From Erysipelothrix sp. (GTDB lineage Bacteria > Bacillota_I > Bacilli_A > Erysipelotrichales > Erysipelotrichaceae), in assembly GCA_012841625.1 (NCBI GenBank), contig DUUI01000043.1, positions 5,151-69,150 on the forward strand: DNA of 64,000 nucleotides, read 5' to 3'. This document shows, piece after piece, positions 57,401 to 64,000 of this stretch. The notes under the pieces were generated by a model that was not told the DNA's origin, did not search any database, and was given only the letters and a program-made list of their open reading frames with translations. The position numbers and the translations under genes were made by a program. The stretch's first letter is position 1; the number at the start of each line of letters is the position of its first letter.

Positions 57401-57466
57401 AAAATCTATGACTACTTTATCTTTAAATGGACCAAATGCTTGTAGTTCTAATTTAATAGGTCTCAT
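54407..57466 (-). CDS. sbcC: SbcC/Rad50-family ATPase (long coiled coil with Zn hook)
   Basis: Walker A is ITGPTGSGKTT. The zinc hook is CPVCGSLHHP, at mid-protein. The signature motif is LSGGETFKASLALAL. Walker B is LFIDEGFGTLD. 1019 aa. Confidence 0.9.
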   Translation of the reverse strand: MRPIKLELQAFGPFKDKVVIDFSQFTQEGLFLITGPTGSGKTTIFDAIFYALYGQLSSSDRKSLGQPTKSQFASEETLSYVEFEFESKNKTYTVYRHPAQKAIGTRGRIVNHESTARLSSDNLALSKITEVQAEINTILGLTATQFKQIVLLPQGEFKDLLVAGSSEKEGIFRDLFKTQDFQIFTEKLKLETDKLSKQLESSQNNILAFLRVLNIDDGDFNSYLGSKQYDKVVDYLKEEISDLKTEVNKEQEELDILTKKFNTLIQQIDLQNDLHKYQKRKLELDSKREEINNLKVLNTKIEDIIALKNMLNQIDTLKLKLSKNKKDKQEMSSQLLNLDSELSNLNNSLELINKDFNHIEEWESERNQINQKHLKFSNLLEKSNAKEKLIILNKQSDENISIGKEKLEETNRQLQEKKVQIEKIKDAEKQLKQISQELTEINEKLLISKQKLNESEIVTRTIDDINSETLIFNELKEEKEEIDLLVTQREILRQQQIAGVIAQSLNENEPCPVCGSLHHPYKAHLSTDEISEESIKLLKQEQSTKQSEFAQSSQRLKSFNESKNKKLEALGFSEESFNEDYNHLMKETEHLIKEKQVRDDEIIHLKQIISNGEWLEKERDKLNEQLVNNRLEINKEETNKSNRLEEINNLDKILNNEVLLTAEDLESLVKDVEVINNKIKVTRLNRDKTSQELNLLDKKKVETVTSLKNLEEMSSTIKIELEELSHIYKDELVAKNIDESEVIERIVTKEDIEANLKTIETYNKEVHLNAGLIKGTNDRLSQLKEIVENPHTIRLELENNIRNYTTKLNIKNNQLSNYEATVTEVEQESGKSQELLNQHKEIYPLYLAATGDSSVGYLSFERYVLASFFEEVLEYANERLLSMTQDRFYLVVMEDKLARQRASGLDLEVFDNHTSRSRSVKTLSGGETFKASLALALGLSDVTSQKYGGVHIDALFIDEGFGTLDEQSLDQAIETLLKINQDGRIVGIISHVKELKERISNQIQVDKSQEGSTITIRQQ

Positions 57467-58571
57467 GGTCTACTCCCTTCATAATTTTGTTTAGTATTGC
57501 TTTTTGTGTTTCTGTAATTTTATTAGGATTACTTAGAGCGTAAAAATCTTCAAATATCTCAACAATAGATTTTGAGGTGAGTTCTTTTTGGTCAAATCTT
57601 CTTTGATGTTTGTTGAATTCAATATTTTCATAGCTTAAGCCCATTGTATATGGACTTATTGCTTTTAGACGGCTCATCGCATCTAATTGTAATTGTGTAT
57701 CGAGTAATTCATAGAACACATAGTCTTGAGTAGGTTGTTTTAGTAAATTTTCTAGAGTTCCTTTTATGACAATCATATCCTTGAGGGGTGTTAATAAATG
57801 TCTTTTTATCTGAATTTCATTATTATCTATTGTTACATCATTTATACCAATAGTATTGTTAGCTTCTGATTTTGAATACTTTAATAATGAACCAGAATAT
57901 TGTACTTTATTACTACCAATCTGATGGTGTGAATGAAGATGTCCGCAGGCCACATAATCAAAATTCTTAAATATACTAGCGTCTACATATTCAGCTGTTC
58001 CAATACTTAATGGGCGTACTGAATCTTCTTTTTCAAAGACTAACTCGTCTTTTATAAAATAACCGTGAGTAATCAGAACATTTTGTTTATTGGTAAATTC
58101 TAATTTATTAATCTCTTTAATAAAGAGATCATTAAAGGTATTTACTGATGTGTCATTCATTAGTTTTGAATATTGAAATGGTGTGATAAACGGGAATAAA
58201 TAAAAATCAGTTTCACCCATTGTTACTTTGGTTATTTCCTTTTTAAAGACTCCCTCACTGTATAGACCTTGAGCTTGTGTTAAGTAGTTTCCATATTCAA
58301 TAAAGCGAGCATTATCATGGTTACCCGAGATCAATAAGATAGGGGTCTCTGTTTCATTTAGGATTCTTTGAAATTGCTTATCGACTAATTCGAGTGCTTC
58401 AGCTGATGGATTAATTCGATCATAAAGATCACCAGCTATAATTAAACAATCATACTTGGTCTCTTTTAATAGGTTGATAATTTCATTAATTGCTGATTCT
58501 TGATTGTCTAACATAGAGAAATTGTTCACGATTTTCCCAATATGCCAGTCTGCTGTATGTAAAAAACGCAT
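57453..58571 (-). CDS. sbcD: SbcD/Mre11-family nuclease
   Basis: The phosphoesterase motifs are MRFLHTADWHIG, IIAGDLYD, SGNHD and GHLH. It overlaps sbcC by 14 nt. Confidence 0.9.
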   Translation of the reverse strand: MRFLHTADWHIGKIVNNFSMLDNQESAINEIINLLKETKYDCLIIAGDLYDRINPSAEALELVDKQFQRILNETETPILLISGNHDNARFIEYGNYLTQAQGLYSEGVFKKEITKVTMGETDFYLFPFITPFQYSKLMNDTSVNTFNDLFIKEINKLEFTNKQNVLITHGYFIKDELVFEKEDSVRPLSIGTAEYVDASIFKNFDYVACGHLHSHHQIGSNKVQYSGSLLKYSKSEANNTIGINDVTIDNNEIQIKRHLLTPLKDMIVIKGTLENLLKQPTQDYVFYELLDTQLQLDAMSRLKAISPYTMGLSYENIEFNKHQRRFDQKELTSKSIVEIFEDFYALSNPNKITETQKAILNKIMKGVDHETY

Positions 58572-58653
58572 AGTTTCACCTCATGTGTTCATTTTAGCAT
58601 ATTGAAGTACACAACAAAATATGACATAATTTACAAAATAAGGTGGACGAAGT

Positions 58654-59304
58654 GTGACTCAGAAAAATCCTGTTAAAGATTTGAATATTAAACAGAAGTT
58701 ATCCAGTTATTATTTTAAAGGCTTGTTGTCTTTAGTGTTGCTTGGTGTGCTTCTTTTAAATATTATAGTTGTCGCTGTAAATCGATTTAGAAATGTTGGT
58801 TTGGTTAAAGAACTCTCACTAGCAACTTTTGATCTTGATCCAAATTTTGAACAATCATATCGGGCATTGTCGACTGCTTTTACAATTGAGATGATTCTAT
58901 TAGTTATATTATGGATTGTCTTAATAATATATTTCGTTGCTTGGTATTTAAGAAGAGGTAAGATTAGACTTGATTCATTAGTTGTATATACATTAATTGG
59001 TGTCTTTCTTTCTTCAATATTATATTTAACCTTTTCTAGCTCAGTGAATAAAAGAGTAATTACTCTGAGTGAGCATCAGGAATGTCTTCTTGATGTGGAG
59101 TGTGAGGCTGATGAAAAAGAGTCTGAAACATATTTAATGGATTTGAGTGAATCGGTGAATCAAAACTACTTTCTTAAACAGACGAGTGTTTTGGCCTTTG
59201 CTTTCTTTACTGTCTTATCATCTTTGCAATTAGTGATTGATCGAGTCAGAAAGATTATAGTCTTCTATCGGTTGAAGAAAACGACAGGAGGTCAACATGG
59301 ATAA
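58654..59304 (+). CDS. Hypothetical polytopic membrane protein (about 4 TM helices)
   Basis: GTG start 7 nt after AGGTGG. 216 aa. Acidic loop CLLDVECEADEKESE. No family recognised. Confidence 0.5.
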   Translation: MTQKNPVKDLNIKQKLSSYYFKGLLSLVLLGVLLLNIIVVAVNRFRNVGLVKELSLATFDLDPNFEQSYRALSTAFTIEMILLVILWIVLIIYFVAWYLRRGKIRLDSLVVYTLIGVFLSSILYLTFSSSVNKRVITLSEHQECLLDVECEADEKESETYLMDLSESVNQNYFLKQTSVLAFAFFTVLSSLQLVIDRVRKIIVFYRLKKTTGGQHG

Positions 59305-59869
59305 ACCTGCTGGTATTAATCTAACTAAATTAAAACAAAAATTTGTAGAATTAAACAAAGATGGATTATATGCGACTTTGTTTCATTATTATAGTGTTAT
59401 TGTTTTTGTCTTTTTAGTTTGGATTTATTTTTCGAGTAATTTTAATAACTTGCCTGAAGTCTATGGAGCTCAACAAGCGAGTGAGTCTCAGCTTTATCAA
59501 AGTCATCATATCTTGAGAATCTTATTCTGGATTGGTATTGCCTTGTTTGTTCTGCTTCAATTAGCTTCTTTCTGGCAAAGGAAATTACATGAAACAAATT
59601 CGATTCCTATGCTAGTTTTAATCTCTGGTTATATTACTTGTGGAATCTTTATGCTCGTAAGTGCACCACTTTATAATTTCTTACGATTATACTTTACTAA
59701 TACTGATCCGTTTAAAAGATTTAGCACTCCTTTTGAAGTTCTATCTAGTTTGAATTATGAAATGTATGGATTTTTCTTAATCTTGGCTATTGCCTTATTT
59801 GGGTTTGGATTAGTCATGTTAATGCTTCGTAAGTTTAATCTACGCTTAGCAGTAATAAGACACCGATAA
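59297..59869 (+). CDS. Hypothetical polytopic membrane protein (about 4 TM helices)
   Basis: RBS GGAGG. Overlaps the upstream gene by 8 nt. 190 aa. No family recognised. Confidence 0.5.
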   Translation: MDKPAGINLTKLKQKFVELNKDGLYATLFHYYSVIVFVFLVWIYFSSNFNNLPEVYGAQQASESQLYQSHHILRILFWIGIALFVLLQLASFWQRKLHETNSIPMLVLISGYITCGIFMLVSAPLYNFLRLYFTNTDPFKRFSTPFEVLSSLNYEMYGFFLILAIALFGFGLVMLMLRKFNLRLAVIRHR

Positions 59870-61152
59870 TGTTTAAAAAATATATTAAACTACTTATTGT
59901 CCTATTACTTCTTAGTGGTTGTACATTTAAACAGAATACGTCGTCTACTGATTATTCTGAAATTTTACAACATAAGAAGACCTTTTTATTACCAGAAGAA
60001 CCACTTAATGTTGATATTTCAACTCCGACTAATGAGGAAATTGATGCTTTAGAAAGTTTTTTAGATGTTCCCAATGCTGAACTTTCTAATTCTAAAAAAG
60101 AAATTCGTGAAGATATGGAAGATCTTAAGTGGATGTTAAGTACTTTTTATGGAAGATACCTATTATATGAGGATGAGTTTAATCAAGCTTTTGATACCAT
60201 TATAGATGAAGTTCCGACCAAGGGAGCAGATCGAGCAGCTTTAACTTCCATTATTATGAAGAACTTCTCCTTTAATAAGGATTATCATTTGCTAATTGAT
60301 GGGTTTCAATCATCAATTCGATTTGATAATACATATGATTTGGATAATGAGTTCACTTTAGAAGATGATAAGGCGATTAATATAACTACAAATGAAGAAC
60401 TTGATAAAATTGATTATTTGAAACCTTTTTTGACACCAGATTTAGAAATCGTTTATCGAGAAGTCAATCGTCCAACTTCTAGAGTTAGAAATGTTCAATT
60501 CCGTTCCGATTTCAAACAATTAGATCTTGATGTTCCATACATTCATGTGGATGATTTTAGTGAGCATAACTTCGAGTTTGATGATTTTGCTAATGAGATA
60601 AATAATTCAGAAATATCTGTCATTGACTTAAGAAACAATGCTGGTGGCCAACAATACTATCCAGGGTATTGGTACACCTTACTAACCGGGCAGAAAGTCC
60701 AGTACTCGTTTGATGGATTTATGCGGACGGATCCTTCTACTACAAGTATACTTGATAACAGTATGATTACTGTTCAGTTTGGTGCTATAAAAAGAGAAAA
60801 CTATTATGAATTTGTGCCTAGTGATACGATTCATCATCAAAACGGTTTAATTATTGTGCTACAAAATTCTTATACATATTCAGCTGCTGAATTGTTAGTC
60901 GATTATTTACACCATTTGGATAATACCATTTTTATTGGAACTCCGACTAATGGAACTTTAAGTTCTAATATCTTTGGGGGTCCCTATTATCTTAAGAATT
61001 CTGGTATTGGTATTAGCTTTGGGAATTTGGTGACTAACTTTAATCCAGTATATTTTTCTGAAGAAAAAGGTTTTGAACCTGACTTATTTGTAATGGATAA
61101 CCAAATGCAAGTAGTAATTGAGGCACTTATCATGAAATTAAGCTCTAAATAG
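59869..61152 (+). CDS. Lipoprotein with an S41 (C-terminal processing peptidase)-like domain
   Basis: Lipobox LLLSGC|TF. VIDLRNNAGGQ and NSYTYSAAELLVDYL...IGTPTNG resemble the S41 DLRxNxGG and SASA(S/A)E...GxxTxGKG motifs, but the Lys position reads T. TAATG overlap with the upstream gene. Confidence 0.55.
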   Translation: MFKKYIKLLIVLLLLSGCTFKQNTSSTDYSEILQHKKTFLLPEEPLNVDISTPTNEEIDALESFLDVPNAELSNSKKEIREDMEDLKWMLSTFYGRYLLYEDEFNQAFDTIIDEVPTKGADRAALTSIIMKNFSFNKDYHLLIDGFQSSIRFDNTYDLDNEFTLEDDKAINITTNEELDKIDYLKPFLTPDLEIVYREVNRPTSRVRNVQFRSDFKQLDLDVPYIHVDDFSEHNFEFDDFANEINNSEISVIDLRNNAGGQQYYPGYWYTLLTGQKVQYSFDGFMRTDPSTTSILDNSMITVQFGAIKRENYYEFVPSDTIHHQNGLIIVLQNSYTYSAAELLVDYLHHLDNTIFIGTPTNGTLSSNIFGGPYYLKNSGIGISFGNLVTNFNPVYFSEEKGFEPDLFVMDNQMQVVIEALIMKLSSK

Positions 61153-61186
61153 GCTATAATTAGATGCAGGAGGAGATAGAAAATAT

Positions 61187-61621
61187 ATGAAAAAACAAGA
61201 ACATTATTTAAATGAACTATTAGGTTCGCTTGGTGTATTTTATATTAAATTACATCAATATCACTGGTATGTAGAGGGGCCTCGTTTCTATACACTTCAT
61301 GAAATTTTTGAAGAAATGTATGACGAAGTAACTGCAGACCTAGACGAAGTTGCTGAAAGAATGCTACAACTTAACCAAAAACCAGCATCAACTCTTAAGG
61401 AGTACCTAGAATTATCTTTTGTCAAAGAAGCTGCTTATACTGAGAAGGTGTCTGCTGAGGATATGGTTAAAGCTACATTAGAGGACTACAAATTATTTGT
61501 TGAAAAAATCAAAGAAGGATATGATCTCTTTGATGGTGATGAAGTAACTACAGATTTACTAGTTGGACTTCAAACAAAAGCTGACAAACATATTTGGATG
61601 CTTGAAGTTACTTCTAGATAA
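61187..61621 (+). CDS. dps: Dps-family DNA-protecting ferritin-like protein
   Basis: LNELLGSLGVFYIKLHQYHWYVEGPRFYTLHEIFEEMYDEV carries the Dps ferroxidase-site pattern (H..HW....F..LH..FEE.Y). 144 aa. Confidence 0.9.
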   Translation: MKKQEHYLNELLGSLGVFYIKLHQYHWYVEGPRFYTLHEIFEEMYDEVTADLDEVAERMLQLNQKPASTLKEYLELSFVKEAAYTEKVSAEDMVKATLEDYKLFVEKIKEGYDLFDGDEVTTDLLVGLQTKADKHIWMLEVTSR

Positions 61622-61644
61622 GAATTACAAATTAAAGTTAAAAA

Positions 61645-61676
61645 AAGGGTGTACGATTGAATGTACACCCTTTTAT
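61645..61676. terminator. Bidirectional terminator between dps and panT
   Basis: AAAAAA, then GGGTGTAC (61647-61654) pairing with GTACACCC (61663-61670), then TTTT. Confidence 0.75.
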
Positions 61677-61683
61677 GTTATTG

Positions 61684-62256
61684 TTATTGTCTAATAATTC
61701 GTTTTAGAGCTGCTACCACAGGGATAGAGACTAATACAGAAGCGACTGCTTCGACCAATGTATTAACCAAGATAGTGACAGCTAAGATTCCTACCAAGAA
61801 ATCCATTGCGAGATCCATGCTTTGGAATCCAAAGGCAATGAATAATGTTGTTAATGTTGCGACTGAGTGAATGAGAGATGAAACAAATGCTGTGGTACCA
61901 ACACTCATTGATTCTCTATCAAACATTCTACTAAAGATTTTATATAAAGGTGAAATTGATAATCCAAAAATCATTCTTGGAACTAAAGCAACTAGTGGAT
62001 TAACAAATAACAAATCAACTGGGGTTGCAGCTCGTGTAACTGCGACATACCAAGAGGCTAATCCAAAGGCAATGGATAAGAATAGTCCTGATCGTCCACC
62101 AAATAGGATTGCGCCAATGATAACTGGGATACTAATAATTTGAATAGCTGCTGGTCCAATTTGTATAAATCCTAGCATTGGAACTAATGATAGGACGACA
62201 ATAATAGCTGCTAATAATGCATTGTAAGTGAGTAGTTTTGTTCTGTTTGTTGTCAT
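61684..62256 (-). CDS. panT: ECF-transporter S component, pantothenate-type by context
   Basis: 190 aa with 6 TM helices. LSLVPMLGFIQIGPAAIQIISIPVIIGAILFGGRSG is S-component-like. Immediately downstream of coaX. Confidence 0.6.
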   Translation of the reverse strand: MTTNRTKLLTYNALLAAIIVVLSLVPMLGFIQIGPAAIQIISIPVIIGAILFGGRSGLFLSIAFGLASWYVAVTRAATPVDLLFVNPLVALVPRMIFGLSISPLYKIFSRMFDRESMSVGTTAFVSSLIHSVATLTTLFIAFGFQSMDLAMDFLVGILAVTILVNTLVEAVASVLVSIPVVAALKRIIRQ

Positions 62257-62258
62257 AG

Positions 62259-63008
62259 TTATAACCTTTCCAAGGCTAGATAATATAAGCCTTCATTTAA
62301 TAAGTATGGATTAAATTCATATCCATAATGGTTGTTATAGAGATTAATGTAACCACCTGTTAGTAAAATCTTGGCTGGTTCGTTGAGCTCTTTTTCAATT
62401 TGTTTGGCCATTTCGATTAAACCTAGAAATGCTCCGTGTAGGATACCTGACTGGATACACTGAATTGTACTATTTCCAATGACTTTTTCTGGAACGTCTA
62501 ATTCAATCTTTGGCAAATGCGGAATATTTTGATTTAATATTCTTGCTTGTTGAGCCACTCCGGGTTGAATGATTCCACCCAAGAACTCATGATTGTGACC
62601 AACGACTGATATTTTTGACGCGGTTCCCATATCAATAATAATGACAGGAACATCATATTGATATATTGCACCATATGCACCAGCAATAAAGTCGGCTCCT
62701 AATTCATTTGGGTTATCGAGGTGAATTTTCAAATCAGTATTGCTAGAGTTTACTGAGACTACCGGACAATGGTAGGCTGCCTTTGCACTTTCCAGGACTG
62801 TTTCTAAAATTGATGGTACTACACATGAAATCATAACGATTTCAATATTTAGATTAATGTCTTTACATAGATTATTGAAGAAATCTAAGTAAAAGTCTTT
62901 ATCATTTTCTCTGAGTGTTTCAGTTCTATTTTCAAGTACTCTTTCTTTTTCTTTATTATAAACAATCGTATAAATATGACTGTTCCCAATATCTAAAGTA
63001 CAAATCAT
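62259..63008 (-). CDS. coaX: Type III pantothenate kinase
   Basis: ASKHA-fold motifs: the N-terminus reads LDIGNSHIY, then IIIDMGTASK, then LLTGGY. 249 aa. Confidence 0.85.
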   Translation of the reverse strand: MICTLDIGNSHIYTIVYNKEKERVLENRTETLRENDKDFYLDFFNNLCKDINLNIEIVMISCVVPSILETVLESAKAAYHCPVVSVNSSNTDLKIHLDNPNELGADFIAGAYGAIYQYDVPVIIIDMGTASKISVVGHNHEFLGGIIQPGVAQQARILNQNIPHLPKIELDVPEKVIGNSTIQCIQSGILHGAFLGLIEMAKQIEKELNEPAKILLTGGYINLYNNHYGYEFNPYLLNEGLYYLALERL

Positions 63009-63515
63009 TTAAAACTCCTCCTCAGACTTTTCGCATGTTTTATGAAAGGCAATTCTTGGATCACCATTCTGTAAATAAATAATACCACATTGAGTGAACC
63101 CATGTTTGTTTAATAACCATATCATTGGCTTATTTTCCTCATGTGTGTCAATTCGTAGATTACAACATTGTTTTAAAGCCCAGTTAATTAATTCTGTTGC
63201 TGAACCCCTCTTGTTTTGTTTTGAGGCAATTCGATGAATAACTCCATATTCATCATTATTCAACCATGCTCCATCAATTTTGTTATATGTTTCATCAATT
63301 CCAATATGGTACATCATTGTTGCGACAATCTCTTCATTTTCATCTACCAAGACATATGATTGGTTTAAAGAAATATCTTTGTCAATAATTTCTTTCGAAG
63401 GATAATCATCTGACCATTGATGCGGATTGTTATTCTCTCTCATATATTTTCGAGCACGACTAAATATCTCGAGTAGCTCATTAATATCCTTTGGAGTTGT
63501 TTTTCTAACTTTCAT
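63009..63515 (-). CDS. GNAT-family N-acetyltransferase
   Basis: 168 aa. An acetyl-CoA-binding-type segment (HRIASKQNKRGSATELINWAL) is followed by HEENKPMIWLLNKHGF. It abuts coaX. Confidence 0.75.
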   Translation of the reverse strand: MKVRKTTPKDINELLEIFSRARKYMRENNNPHQWSDDYPSKEIIDKDISLNQSYVLVDENEEIVATMMYHIGIDETYNKIDGAWLNNDEYGVIHRIASKQNKRGSATELINWALKQCCNLRIDTHEENKPMIWLLNKHGFTQCGIIYLQNGDPRIAFHKTCEKSEEEF

Positions 63516-63598
63516 ATTGCCTCCTCAAAAGTTCACTTTATTATACCGTATATACTACTTTTTTTCCTGTTAGAAATTTAAAATGGTATAATAGATGC

Positions 63599-63991
63599 AT
63601 GAAATTTTTATCTGAACTTAAAAGAAGATTTTTACAGCATATGCGTGGTCGCTATGGACAAGATGAACTTAACTCTTTTCTTATGGTTTTATTTATTATC
63701 TTTGTCGTTTTATATTCTTTCATAATTAGAGAACCTTTTTTCTGGGTCTTAACAATGACTATTGGGGTTGTCATACTTTTTAGAACAAACTCGAAAAATT
63801 TCCATTCAAGACATAAAGAGAATGCGACTTATTTAGAACTTCGAAATAAACTTTTAAATAAATTCAAGCCTCAAAATCACAAAATTTATACTTGTCCTAA
63901 TTGTAAACAAAAGGTTCGAGTGCCTCGTGGTCGTGGAAAGATTGAGATTACTTGTCCTAAATGTAATCACAAATTTACAAAGAGGACTTAA
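63599..63991 (+). CDS. Small membrane protein with a C-terminal zinc ribbon
   Basis: Two TM helices, then CPNC...(17 aa)...CPKC. An extended -10 TGGTATAAT lies upstream. 130 aa. Confidence 0.55.
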   Translation: MKFLSELKRRFLQHMRGRYGQDELNSFLMVLFIIFVVLYSFIIREPFFWVLTMTIGVVILFRTNSKNFHSRHKENATYLELRNKLLNKFKPQNHKIYTCPNCKQKVRVPRGRGKIEITCPKCNHKFTKRT

Positions 63992-64000
63992 GCATGAAAA

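Overview
This is a 64 kb stretch of A+T-rich, Bacillota-type (low-GC Gram-positive) chromosome. It uses the standard genetic code (TGA is a stop) and has strong AGGAGG-type ribosome-binding sites (RBS) and many Rho-independent terminators. I support about 68 protein genes, 3 tRNAs (Ser-GGA, Arg-CCG, Val-GAC) and one tmRNA. Almost all of it is core metabolism and maintenance:
- Carbon metabolism: glgC-glgD-glgA; pgk-tpiA-eno.
- Anaerobic metabolism: an extracytoplasmic flavoprotein reductase lipoprotein; nrdD-nrdG; a pyruvate formate-lyase operon.
- RNA and DNA maintenance: secG-rnr-smpB; guaC; recD2; sbcCD; dps.
- Metal homeostasis: a P-type ATPase plus mntR; znuACB-zur.
- Envelope stress: a CssRS-like two-component system divergent from htrA.
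- Cofactor uptake: coaX-panT.

I saw no transposase, integrase, phage gene, CRISPR array or recognisable defence system.

The most unusual items, all read by eye:
1. The pfl operon runs pflA, a CxxC thioredoxin-like gene, a pflB truncated exactly before the glycyl-radical domain, then a separate 77-aa glycyl-radical-domain gene with its own embedded RBS. This looks like a naturally split, GrcA-like PFL, unless a 1-nt A-run sequencing error is responsible.
2. A yybP-ykoY-like Mn2+ riboswitch with a terminator expression platform sits ahead of the P-type ATPase and mntR.
3. A near-perfect 19-bp Fur box lies on the promoter of a cupin gene.
4. A 7-1-7 Zur-type palindrome lies on the znu promoter.
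5. An ~86-bp element is duplicated upstream of two unrelated orphan genes next to ssrA.
6. An overlapping operon encodes two polytopic membrane proteins plus an S41-peptidase-like lipoprotein that appears to lack the catalytic Lys.
7. The ~320-nt nrdD leader carries two strongly Shine-Dalgarno-preceded Cys-containing mini-ORFs.

All assignments come from motif recognition without database searches. Start codons were refined by RBS inspection where noted.
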